NCBI GenBank assembly: GCA_963725865.1
Contig: CAVSAC010000014.1
Coordinates: forward strand, 96,001-160,000
DNA length: 64,000 bases
Source: Candidatus Eiseniibacteriota bacterium
GTDB lineage: Bacteria; Eisenbacteria; RBG-16-71-46
Direction: 5' to 3'
A model generated the notes under the pieces. That model did not search any database. It saw nothing but the letters and a program-made list of their open reading frames with translations, and was not told the DNA's origin. Below, piece by piece: positions 1-11,485 of this stretch. Position numbers and translations under genes: made by a program. Position 1 is the first letter of the stretch, and each line of letters begins with the position of its first letter.

Positions 1-20
1 CCCGCGATCCGCCATCCCCG

Positions 21-1541
21 ATGCCCGTCGACTACCTCCAGAAGATCCTGACCGCCAAGGTCTACGACGTGGCGATCGAGTCGCCGCTCGACCTCGCGCC
101 CGTCGCTGTCGCGACGGCTCGGCAACCGCATCCTGCTGAAGCGCGAAGACCAGCAGCCGGTGTTCTCGTTCAAGCTGCGCGGCGCGTACAACAAGATGGC
201 GCATCTGTCGGCCGCCGAGCGCGCGCGCGGCGTCATCGCGGCGTCCGCCGGCAATCACGCGCAGGGCGTCGCGCTCGCCGCGCAGCGAGCTCGGCTGCGC
301 GGCGACGATCGTGATGCCGGTGACCACGCCGCACATCAAGATCGCGGCGGTCGAGGCGCGTGGCGCGAAGGTCGTACTGCATCGGCGACTCGTACAGCGA
401 TGCGTATGCGCACGCGCTCACGCTGCAGAAGCGTTCGCGCGCGACGTTCGTGCACCCGTACGACGATCCCGACGTGATCGCCGGGCAGGGGACGGTCGGC
501 ATGGAGATCCTGCGCCAGCGGCAGGGACCCATCGACGCGATCTTCGTCGCGGTCGGCGGCGGCGGGCTGATCAGCGGAATCGCCGCGTACGTGAAGCGCG
601 TGCGGCCCGACATCAAGGTGATCGGCGTGCAGCCCGAGGACTCGGACGCGATGGCGCGCTCGCTGGCCGCCGGCCGCCGCGTCAAGCTCGCGCACGTCGG
701 GCTGTTCGCCGACGGCGTCGCGGTCAAGCAGGTCGGCAAGGAGACGTTCCGCCTCGCGCAGCAGTACGTCGACGAGATCGTGCTCGTCGACACCGACGCG
801 ACGTGCGCGGCGCTGAAGGACGTGTTCGAGGACACGCGGTCCATCCTCGAGCCGGCCGGCGCGCTGTCGATCGCCGGCGCGAAGGCCTGGATCGAGCGGC
901 ATCGGACGAAGGACCGCACGTACGTCGCGATCGCCTGCGGCGCCAACATGAACTTCGATCGGCTGCGCTTCGTGGCCGAGCGCGCCGAGCTGGGCGAAGC
1001 AGCGCGAGGCGGTGCTCGCGGTGACGATTCCCGAGCAGCCGGGCAGCTTCCGCGAGTTCTGCCGGCTGCTCGGCAAGCGCTCGGTCACGGAGTTCAACTA
1101 TCGCTACGCCGATCCGCGCGTCGCGCACATCTTCGTCGGCATCGAGGTCGCGAACCGCCGCGAGACCGATCAGCTGCTCGCGCGAGTTCCGGCGGCGCAG
1201 GATCGAGGCGATCGACCTCTCCGACAACGAGATGGCGAAGCTGCACGTCCGGCACCTGGTCGGCGGGCACGCGCCGTCGGCGAAGAACGAGATCCTCTAT
1301 CGCTTCGAATTCCCGGAACGGCCCGGCGCGCTGATGAAGTTCCTGAACAGCATGAGCCGCGGCTGGAACATCAGCCTCTTCCACTACCGCAACCACGGCG
1401 CCGACTACGGCCGCGTGCTGGTCGGCATGCAGGTGCCGCCGTCGGACAAGGGCGAATTCCGCATCGTTTCTCGACCGGCTGGGCTACGACTGCGTCGAGG
1501 AGACCGCGAATCCGGCGTACCGGATGTTTCTCGGCCGCTGA
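21..1541 (+). CDS. ilvA: Biosynthetic threonine ammonia-lyase (split by several indels)
   Basis: Consecutive frames give [52 protein letters not shown], two ACT-like repeats ([19 protein letters not shown]) and [13 protein letters not shown] at 1539-1541. Confidence 0.95.
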
Positions 1542-1739
1542 AGCGCGTCCCCGGGGGCGCTGCGGGCGGGCTGCGGCGCCGCGGCCGCCGCCGCTCGCGC
1601 GGGACCCCGGGGCCGCCGGCGGGGTCGGACCGCGACAGCGACGCCCGAGGGCAGGGTAGTGCCCCTGCGCGTCAGCCGCGTCCGACGAAAACTTGCCGGG
1701 CCGCGAGCGAATGCGCGAATTCCGCTGCCGATGCCGATT

Positions 1740-1756
1740 CAGGCAAAGTTTATGCT
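1740..1756 (+). promoter_or_regulatory. Putative sigma54 (-24/-12) promoter of the pil-chp cluster
   Basis: CAGGCAAAGTTTATGCT is GG-N10-GC with GGCA and TGCT context, about 100 nt upstream of the pilG ATG. Confidence 0.55.
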
Positions 1757-1854
1757 CTAGGCAACCGGCTGCGCCCATGGCAAACTTGCCCGCGAACTCA
1801 GTCTGTGGCCCACAATTTGCTGGTCTGAAACGACGGGTCGCGAAGAGGAAAAGC

Positions 1855-2285
1855 ATGGTGCCGGAGCCAAATCCGCTGTCGGGCGTCAAGGTGATGGTGA
1901 TCGACGACTCGAACACCATCCGCCGCAGCGCCGAGATCTTCCTGCTGCAGGCGGGGTGCGACGGTGATCCTGGCCGAGGACGGCTTCGACGCGCTCGCCA
2001 AGATCGCCGATCACCAGCCCGATCTCGTCTTCGTCGACATCATGATGCCGCGGCTGGACGGTTACCAGACGTGCGCGCTCATCAAGAAGAACGCGAAGTT
2101 CCAGTGCGACGCCGGTGATCATGCTGTCGTCGAAGGACGGCCTGTTCGACCGGGCGCGGGGCCGGATGGTCGGGTCGGACCAGTACCTGACCAAGCCGTT
2201 CACGAAGGAAAGCCTGCTGAAGGCGGTCGCGACGCACGTGGTCCGCCCGGCGGCATCGGGAGCGCCCGCGCCCGCCGCCGCCTGA
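1855..2285 (+). CDS. pilG: Twitching-motility response regulator PilG (frameshifted)
   Basis: KVMVIDDSNTIRRSAEIFL, DLVFVDIMMPRLDGYQTCALIKKN, MLSSKDGLFDRARGRMVGSDQYLTKPF; first gene of the cluster. Confidence 0.93.
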
Positions 2286-2324
2286 CGCGGCGCCGCCTCA
2301 CGACCGCAACGCGCAGCCGCAGCC

Positions 2325-2692
2325 ATGACGATCAAGAGAATACTCGTCGTCGACGATTCGCCGACCGAACGGCATGTCCTGAACGACATGCTGACCAAGG
2401 CCGGCTACGAGGTCGTGCGCCTGCGACAAGCGGCGAGGACGCCATCGTCAAGGCGAAGCAGATCAGGCCGGACCTGATCCTCATGGACGTCGTCATGCCC
2501 GGCCTCAACGGCTTCCAGGCGACGCGCGCGATCAGCCGCGACGCGGACACCAAGAACATTCCGATCGTGCTCTGCACGTCGAAGAGCCAGGAGACCGACA
2601 AGATCTGGGGGATGCGCCAGGGCGCGCGCGATTACGTCGTGAAGCCCGTCAACCGGGATGAGCTCCTCGCGAAGATCGCCGCACTGAGCTGA
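2325..2692 (+). CDS. pilH: Twitching-motility response regulator PilH (one frameshift)
   Basis: [58 protein letters not shown]. Confidence 0.93.
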
Positions 2693-2717
2693 TCGCCAAC
2701 CGACCATTCCCCCGACG

Positions 2718-3249
2718 ATGGCCCGCACCGCCCGCATCGACCTGCAGTCGTTTCAGCAGGAGCTGGCGAACCGCCTCGCGAGCAAGACCGCCGCGCAGGT
2801 CGAATCGTCGCGGCTCGGGCTCGCGTGCGGCGGCGAGCGGTGGCTCATTCGGCTCGTCGACGCAGCGGAAGTGGTTGCGGTGCCGCCGATCGCCGGCGGT
2901 GCCGCTGACGCAGCCCTGGTTTCTCGGTCTCGCGAACATCCGCGGCAACCTGTACAGCGTCGTCGACTTCGCGGGCTTCATCGGGCGCGAGGCCGTCATC
3001 CCGCACGGCACCGGCGGCCAGAGCCGGCTGATCCTGTTCGGGCCCCGCGCCGGCGATCTCAGGGTCGGCATCGTCGTGCAGAGCGTGCTCGGCCTTCGCA
3101 ACGTCGCGGAGCTCGCGCCGACGTCGCCGGACGCGGATGCGCCGGCGTGGTACGGCCAGCGCTGGATCGACGCCGAAGGCGGCGCCTGGCAGGAGATCGA
3201 CCTCGCCCGGCTCGTCGAGGATCCCGCGTTTCTGCGCGTCGGCCTTTGA
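2718..3249 (+). CDS. pilI: CheW-like adaptor PilI (frameshift near 2895)
   Basis: LQSFQQELANRL then VPLTQPWFLGLANIRGNLYSVVDF; sits between pilH and the MCP. Confidence 0.88.
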
Positions 3250-3317
3250 TCGAGGTGACGCGATGAAGAGACCGATCGTTCGGACCGACGCGTGACCACG
3301 TGTCATCTGGAGGAAAC

Positions 3318-5506
3318 ATGGCGATGGGACTGAAGCTCCCGAAGCTCGTCGGCGCCGACGCGGGACGTCGGCCACGTCGGCAGGCATCGGAGATGCCGAC
3401 GACGCAGGTCCGCGCCGCGGACGAGGCGCGGGGCTACGATCCGCTGGCCTCCGCGTCGCTGGTCGAGCAGATGCACGCCGCGATGACGGAAACGAAGATG
3501 CCGAGGAAGGTGCCGCTGGTCGGTCACCTTCCGATCGTCCGCCAGTTCCAGGTCCTCGGCGTGCTGCTGGTGACGTTCCTCGTGTTCGCCGTGCTCGATC
3601 ATGTTCCTCGACGTCCGGACCGCGTCGCAGGCCACCGCGTCGGCGGCGACCGCGACCGAAATGCAGATGCTGTCGCAGCGGCTCGCGCGCGGCACCGCGC
3701 TGGCGTCGCAGGGCCAGGCCGCGGCGTTCGCGGCGATCAAGGACAGCCGCGAGCGCTTCAAGGCGGACCTCGACGCGCTGCAGCGCGGCGGCGACCGTCA
3801 AGGGCGTAGCGCTCGACGTCGTGCAGGACGAAACGCTGAACGGGCTCCTGCAGGACATCAAGGCGCGCTGGGATCGCGTCGACGCGAATACGGAGCGCAT
3901 GCTCGACAATCGGCAGAGCCTGACCGAGCCTCGCGAACGGCATCGGCGACGATCACGCAGGGCGGCGAATCGCATCGGCGACGCGGCGCGCCAGGTGGCG
4001 CAGTCGGGCGCGGGCGCGCGCGAGGCCGAGCACGCGAACCAGCTCGCCGCGCTCTCGCAGCGGATCGCGAAGAGTGCCGTCGCCCTCGTCTCGGCCGCCG
4101 AGGTCGATCCCGACGTCGCGGTCGCTGCTCGGCAAGGACGCCGGCAGCGTTCCGCGACGAGCGCTGACCGGGCGTCGCTCGCGGGCCGCGGCCCGGCGAC
4201 GACGCGCGCGGGCCGCTGGCCGAGATCGCGAAGCAGGCGACCGCCTTCGACGCCGGCGTCACCGCGGTCGCGCAGAACATGAATCGGCTCGTCGTCGGCC
4301 AAGCAGGCGGCGCGCAGCGTCGAACAACGAAGCCGAGGCACTGCTCGCGGACACGACCCGGCTCGCCGAGCTCTACGAAGGCAGCGGCAAGTCGCGGGTA
4401 CCGCTCTGGATCGCCATCGCCTTCGCCCTGCTCGCGCTGGGCACGCTGCTGTTGCTGGGCAAGGTGTTCCTCGACGACGCGCGCGTGCGCGCCTTCGAGA
4501 GCGAGCAGGAGAACAAGCGCAACCAGGAGGCGATCCTCCGGTTGCTGAACGAGATGGGCAACCTCGCCGACGGCGATCTCACCGTCCAGGCGTCGGTGAC
4601 CGAGGACGTGACCGGCGCCATCGCCGACTCGATCAACTTCACGATCGAGGAGCTGCGCACGCTGGTCAAGGGCATCAACTCGGCGACCGACCAGGTGACG
4701 CAAGGCGACGCAGGACGCGCAGGCGATCTCGAACCGGCTGTACGAGGCCTCGCAGCGCCAGAATCGCGAGATCCAGCAGGCGTCGGGGTCCGTGCTGCAG
4801 ATGGCGCAGTCGATCAGCGAGGTGTCGCAGTCGGCCGGGACAGTCCGCGAAGGTCGCCCAGCAGTCGCTGGCGGCGGCCGAGAAGGGCGCGCAATCGGTG
4901 CAGAACCAGATTGCCGGCATGAACGAGATCCGCGCGCAGATCCAGGACACGTCGAAGCGCATCAAGCGCCTCGGCGAATCGTCGCTCGAGATCGGCGAGA
5001 TCGTGGAGCTCATTTCGGACATCACCGAGCAGACGAACATCCTGGCACTGAACGCGGCGATCCAGGCGGCGTCGGCCGGCGAGGCCGGTCGCGGCTTCAC
5101 CGTGGTGGCCGAGGAGGTCCAGCGGCTCGCCGAGCGCTCGGGCGAGGCGACGAAGCAGATCGACGCGATCGTCAAGACGATCCAGGCGGACACGCAGGAC
5201 GCCGTCGCGGCGATGGAGAAGTCGACGGTCGGCGTCGTCGAAGGCACCAAGCTGTCCGATGCCGCGGGGCAGGCGCTGGAGGAGATCCGGCGCGTCTCGC
5301 GCGAGCTCGCCGCGCTCATCGGCGGCATCTCGGCGCAGACGCAGAAGCAGTCGGTCTCGGTGACCGACGTGACGCGCGGCATGCAGGGCATCCTGCAGAT
5401 CACCGAGGAGACGACCGAGGGGACGAAACAGACGAACGTTTCGATCGGACAACTGACCAGGCTCGCCGCCGAGCTGCGCAGCTCGGTGGCCGGCTTCAAG
5501 GTCTGA
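3318..5506 (+). CDS. pilJ: Methyl-accepting chemotaxis protein PilJ (several frameshifts)
   Basis: GGAGG RBS; two TM segments; [22 protein letters not shown] (HAMP); [40 protein letters not shown] signalling hairpin. Confidence 0.93.
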
Positions 5507-5575
5507 TGCGCCGACGCAGAATGCCGCGCCCGCGATGATCCCCGGGGCGCAGCGAACCCGACGAACCCGACCCCC

Positions 5576-8500
5576 ATGCTCGCCCAAACTTCCGAGTCCA
5601 ACACCGCCCGCGTTCGACGCGGGCCCGCTGTCCTGGGTGCACGGCGAGATCGGCCAGTCTCTCGCGCGGGGGCTCGAAGCTGCTCGCCGCATTCGGGGCG
5701 GCACCGTCGGATCCCGCGCCGCTCAGGCAGGCGCGCAGCCATGTCCACCAGGCGGCCGGGCGCGATCCAGATGGTTGGGCTGGACGCCGTCGCCGTGTAC
5801 ACCGACGAGATCGAGCGCCAGCTCGCGCGGCTCGAGGAGCCGCGACCGGATGGAGTCGCGCCGAGTGCGCCGTCGTCGATCGCGCGTGCCGCAAGCTCGG
5901 AATCTTCCTCGACGAGCTGGTCGGGGGTGCGCCGCCCGTTCCGCTGGTGCTGTTCCCCGAGTACGACGCGATGCAGCGCGCGCGCGGCGTGAAGGCGGCA
6001 GCGCCCGACCGACCTGTTCTTTCCCGGACCTCGAACTGCGCGCACCGGTGCGCGAGGCACCGGAGGCCCTGCCGGCGGGCGAGCTCGCCTCGCACCTCGT
6101 CAACCAGCGACGCCGTTACCAGCGCGGGCTGCTCGCGTTCCTTCGCGGCGACGCCCAAGGCGCACGCCGGATGCGCGACGCCGTCGCCGGGATCGAGCGG
6201 GTCAGCACGCGGCAGAGCGCGCGGACGTTCTGGTGGACCGCCACGGCGTTCTTCGACGCGATCATCGAGCGTGGCCTCGAGGCCGGCTTCGGACCGAAGC
6301 AGCTCGCGGCGCGCATCGACCTCCAGATCCGCCGCGTCGTCGAAGGATCGTCGAAGGTCGCCGACCGGCTTCGGCGCGAGGTGCTCTACTACGTCGCAGT
6401 CAGTGCTCCGGTCGCGCCGTCGGTGCAGGCCGTGCAGAACGCCTACGCGCTCGCGGCGCTGATCCCATCGGCCGAGGTGCTGAACGCGGACGTCGTCCGC
6501 CTGCAGCCGATCCTGCGGGACGCGCGCGAGCAGCTCGCCACGGCGAAGGACATGTGGATCAAGGTCACGACCGGCCGCGCGGAAAGCCTGCCGAAGCTCA
6601 AGCAGATGCTCGCCGCCGTGCATGCGGACGCCGTCGAGATCGGCAACCGCGCGTTGACGAAACTCACCGCTTCGCTCGTCGCGCGGCTGGACAGCATGCC
6701 GCCGTCGGGCAACGTGTCCGAGCCGCTGGCGATGGAGTACGCGACGGGCATGCTGCTCGCCGAGAGTGCCGTCGAGAATTACGGCAAGCTGTCGAAGGAG
6801 TTCCCCAGGCAGGTTGACGCGATGATGGCGCGTCTCGACGCGGCTCAGGCATCGCGCCCCATCCCCGCCGCCACGGCACCGATCCTCGACGAAATGTTCC
6901 GGCGCGCGCACGAGCGCGTCCTGCTGACTCAGGTCGCCCGCGAGATCCAGGCAAACCTGCGGCGCATGGAACAGGTGCTCGACGCGTTTTTCCGCGACCA
7001 CACGAAGCGGGCCGACCTCGGGACGCTTTCCAAGGACAGCCAGCAGATCCGCGGCGCGCTCAGGATGCTCGCGCAGGACGACGCGGAGCGCCTGCTCGGG
7101 CTCTGCCAGGAGCAGATCGACAGCTACGGAAATCCGGACGCGGAGATCGATGGCGAGGACCTGGAGCTGCTCGCGGAATCGCTGTCGGGCCTCGGCTTCT
7201 ACGTCGAGGCGATGGAGCAGCAGCGGCCGGATCGGCAGCGGCTCATCGCGCCCCTGCTGGCCAAGCGCCTTGGCGAGGCTTCCGCCCCGCAGTTCGACCG
7301 GAGTGCCGAGACCGTCGAGCAGGCGGTCGAGGAGCTGCGCAACGCGCTACCCGCACTCGTCGCCGAAGTCCATCGCGCCCCGGCGGATGCGGCTGCGCGG
7401 GATTTGCTGAAGGCGCGGCTCGACGACCTCCTGAACGACGCGAAGCTCATCGACGACAGCGAGCTCGTCGCGCAGGCGGAAGGCGGCGCTGGCGGAGCTC
7501 AAGGCCGGCGGCACCGCTGCGCTGGCGGCCGCCGTCACGGCGATCGCTGAGAGCGGCGCCGCGGTTTCGGCACCGGCACCAGCCATCTCGGAAGAGACGC
7601 AGCGCCTGCTCGCGACCGACGCCACGGGTCTCGACGCCGAGCTCCTCGACATCTACCTGACCGAAGCCGCCGACGTCCTCGACGCAATCGCGGCCTGCCG
7701 CCGCGAGCTCGAGGGGAACCCTGGCGACCGCGAGGCGCTGCGCACGGCGCGCCGCCAGTTCCACACGCTGAAAGGCAGCGGACGGATGGTCGGATTGACC
7801 GAGCTCGGCGAGCACGCGTACGACGTCGAGAAGATCCACAATCGCCTGCTCGAGGAGGAGCGCACGGTGACGCCGGCGGTGCTCGCGATGATCGACGTTG
7901 CCGAGTCCGAATTCCGGCATTGGATCGCCCTGCTCAAGGACACCGGCCACGTCGCCGCCAATCCGGCGAAGCTCCACGCTGCGATCGCCGCGGTCGAGGC
8001 GGAGCTCCCGTCCGCGGCCGAGCCCGTGGTCCCGGCGCCCGCGTCGGCGGAGGTCGCGCCGGCGCAGAGCGTGGCGATTCCGGAGGTCGACAGAGCGCCG
8101 CCGGAGAATGTCGAGCTGCCCGAGCTGGACAGTGACTCCGTGCAGATGGTCGACCTGCCAGAGCTCGGCGGCGCCCCCGCCGGAGCGCCGTCGCCGGCTG
8201 CGGACTGGGTCGATGACGCTGAAGCCGGTGGTGACGGCGGCGCCGACATCATCGAGGTCGCGCCGAGCGGCGACGTGCGTGGGGCGGCCGCGGCGGAGCC
8301 GGTGGCCGTCACGCCCCCCCAATCCGTCAGGGTCGGCGATGTCAGCCTGTCGCCGGAGCTCTACGCGGTGCTGGTCGACGAGGCGGATGCGCATCTCGCG
8401 ACACTCGCGCACGAGTTGTCGTTGTTGCAGTTCGACCCGACGGAGTTGCCCTCCGCCGCGATGGTGCGCGCGAGCCACACGCTCTGCGGCATCCACCGCA

Positions 8501-11357
8501 CAAGCGGCTTGCCGCTCATCGCGTTGACCGCGAAGTCGCTCGAGCAGTGCCTGCTCGCGCTGCAGCAAACGGCGGGGCCGCGTCCGGAATCGGCGCTGCC
8601 GGTCCTGGCGGGCGCGGTGCAGGGCCTGGGCGAATTCGTAGGACGGGTAAAGGCGCGCGCGGCCTTCAATGCGACGGATTCGGCGAAGGCTGCGGAAATC
8701 CAGCTGGAGCTGGAAGCGCTCAAGAGGGCCGCGATCACCGAGACCGCCCCCGTCGACGCCGAAGCGCAGGCGGCACGCGAGTTCGCCGACGGCGAATCTG
8801 CGGTCCCGAGCCCGCCGGCTCCCGCGCCCGTCGCGGTGTCTCCGCCTCCCGAAATCGCCGTGGCTCCGCCCGCCGAAGCCGTGGCCCCCCCCGCGGCAGA
8901 GATCGCGGTGCCGGCCACCGTGAGCCCGCCCTCGCCGACGGCGCATGCGCAATACCCCGCGCACGCTGCAGCGGAGTCCGCCCCCGAATCGCCCCAGGGG
9001 GTGCTCGCCGACATCCGCGACGACGTCGACGAGCAGGTGCTGCCGATCTTTCTCGAGGAAGCGGCAGAGCTCTATCCGCAGGCCGGCGAGCAGGTGCGCG
9101 CATGGCGCCGCACCCCGGGCGACCTCGTCGGCGCGCGCCAGCTTCGCCGGACGCTGCACACGTTCAAGGGCAGCGCGCGGATGGCAGGCGCGATGCGCCT
9201 GGGCGAACTCGCGCACCTGATGGAATCGCGCATGTCGACCGAGGATGCGCTGGTCGCCGCGACGCCGGAGTTGTTCGAGGCGCTCGACTCGGACCTCGAT
9301 CGAATCGGGTACGTGCTCGACGCATTGCGCAAGGGCAGGACGAACGTCGAGTTGCCCGAGCCCGCGGAATCGCCGGTGGCCGCGGCAGCTGGAGCTGCAT
9401 CTGCGCCGTCGGTGGAGCACGTCGGTCCCGCGCGAGCGCTGGCCGGAGCGGAAAGGTCCGTCGTCGTGCCGCTTCCCGCGCCGGCGGCGCCGTCGCCTGC
9501 CGTGGGCGAAGCCGCGGAGGTCGAGACCGGCGCCTATGCGATGCTGCGCGTGCGCGCCGACATCATCGACCGCCTCGTCAACGAGGCCGGCGAAGTTGCG
9601 ATCACGCGCGCGCGCATCGAAAGCGAGCTGCGCGCGCTGAAGGCGAACCTGCTCGAGCTCACGGGCAGCGTCGTACGGCTGCGCACGCAGGTGCGCGAAA
9701 TCGAGATTCAGGCCGAGTCGCAGATCCAGTCACGGCTGCTGCAGGTGGGCGAAGGCGACGAAGGCTTCGATCCGCTCGAGTTCGACCGCTACACGCGCTT
9801 CCAGGAGCTCGCGCGCTCGCTCGCCGAAGGCGTCAACGACGTGTCGACGGTACAGCAGTCGCTGCTGCGCAACCTCGACGTCACCGACGCCGCGCTCATC
9901 TCGCAGGCACGCCTGTCGCGCGACGTCGCGCAGCAGCTCTTCTCGATCCGCACGGTGCCGTTCGGCAGCCTGTCGGAGCGGCTGTACCGGATCCTGCGCG
10001 GCACCGCCAAGGAGCTCGACAAGCGCGCCAATCTCGAGATCGGCGGCGCGCAGACCGAGCTCGACCGGTCGGTGCTGGAAAAGCTCGTCGGCCCGCTCGA
10101 GCACCTGCTGCGCAATGCGCTCGACCACGGCATCGAGCCGCGCGATGTTCGCGCCAGGGCCGGCAAGTCCGAGACCGGCGAGATCACGCTGACCGTGCGC
10201 CAGGTCGGCAACGAGATCGCGATCGAGCTCGCCGACGACGGCGCGGGCCTCGACCTCGACCGGATCCGTGCCAAGGCGATCGCGCAGGGACGGATCACCG
10301 CCGACGCGCAGCCGACCGACGAGCAGCTGATCGCGTACATCTTCGAGCCGGGATTCTCGACGGCGGCGAAGGTCACGCAGGTCTCGGGGCGCGGCATCGG
10401 CATGGACGTCGTGCGCGCCGAGATCGCCGAGCTGGGCGGCCGCGTCGAGGTGTCGACGCGGGCCGGCAAGGGCACGACGTTCAAGCTGTACCTGCCGCTG
10501 ACGCTGGCCGTGGCGCAGGCGGTGCTCGTGCGCGCCGGCGGCCGGCTTTGGGCGCTGCCGGCGCCGATGGTCGAGAAGGTCCAGCAGCTGAAGCCCGAGG
10601 CGCTCGTCGAGCTCTACGTGCAGCGCCGCGTCGAGTGGCAGGGCGTGAGCTATCCGTTCCACTACCTGCCCCGGCTGCTCGGCGATCGCGAGCAGATTCC
10701 GGAGTCGACGCGCACCAACGCCGTGCTGCTGCTGCGCAGCGGACAGAGCGTTGCCGCCGTGCACGTCGACGAGATGATCGGCAACCAGGAAGTCGTGGTG
10801 AAGAACATCGGGCCGCAGCTCGCGCGGGTGTCCGGCATCGCCGGCGCGACGGTGCTCGGCACCGGCGAGATCGTGCTGATCATCAATCCGGTGCAGCTCG
10901 CGCAGCGCGCGGACGTGCCGGTGTACGAGCCGGACGCAGAGCGGATCGCGCCGGAGGTGCCGAGGATTGCCGTCGTGCAGGCCGGGCGGCCGCTGGTGAT
11001 GATCGTCGACGACTCGCTGACCGTGCGCCGCATCACGAGCCGGCTGCTGACGCGCGAGGGCTTCGATGTCGTCACCGCGAAGGACGGCATCGACGCGCTC
11101 GAGCTGCTGCAGACGGAAGCGCCCGACGTGATCCTGCTCGACATCGAAATGCCGCGAATGGACGGCTTCGAGTTCACCAAGAAGATCAAGGCGATGCGAA
11201 GACCTCCACGATCCCGATCGTGATGATCACGTCGCGCACGGCGGAGAAGCACCGCAACCTCGCCAGGGAGCTCGGTGTCGAGCTCTACCTCGGCAAGCCT
11301 TTCCAGGAAGACGAGCTGCTCACGCACCTGCGCGAGATGCTGGCGTTGACGCCCTAG
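5576..11357 (+). CDS. chpA: ChpA/PilL-type multi-Hpt CheA-like hybrid histidine kinase (frameshifted)
   Basis: GPLSWVHGEI N-terminus; Hpt motifs FHTLKGSGRMVG, SHTLCG, LHTFKGSARMAG; DPLEFDRYTRFQE; HLLRNALDHGIE; GRGIGMDVV; CheW domain; C-terminal receiver (IVDDSLTVR...DIEMPRMDG). Start is approximate. Confidence 0.92.
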
Positions 11358-11448
11358 CGGCGCACTCCCGCACCCGAATATTGCCCTTCGTCAAAGGCCG
11401 CCCGGGCCCGAAGGTTGGCGGGCGCGCCGTGGCACCGGCGGCCCCCGG

Positions 11449-11454
11449 TATAAT
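11449..11454 (+). promoter_or_regulatory. Putative sigma70 -10 box for the EF-G-like gene
   Basis: Perfect TATAAT in GC-rich DNA, 32 nt before the ATG with a GGAGG RBS; no clear -35. Confidence 0.45.
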
Positions 11455-11485
11455 TTGCCCGAACATCCACGGGGGAGGTCATCGC

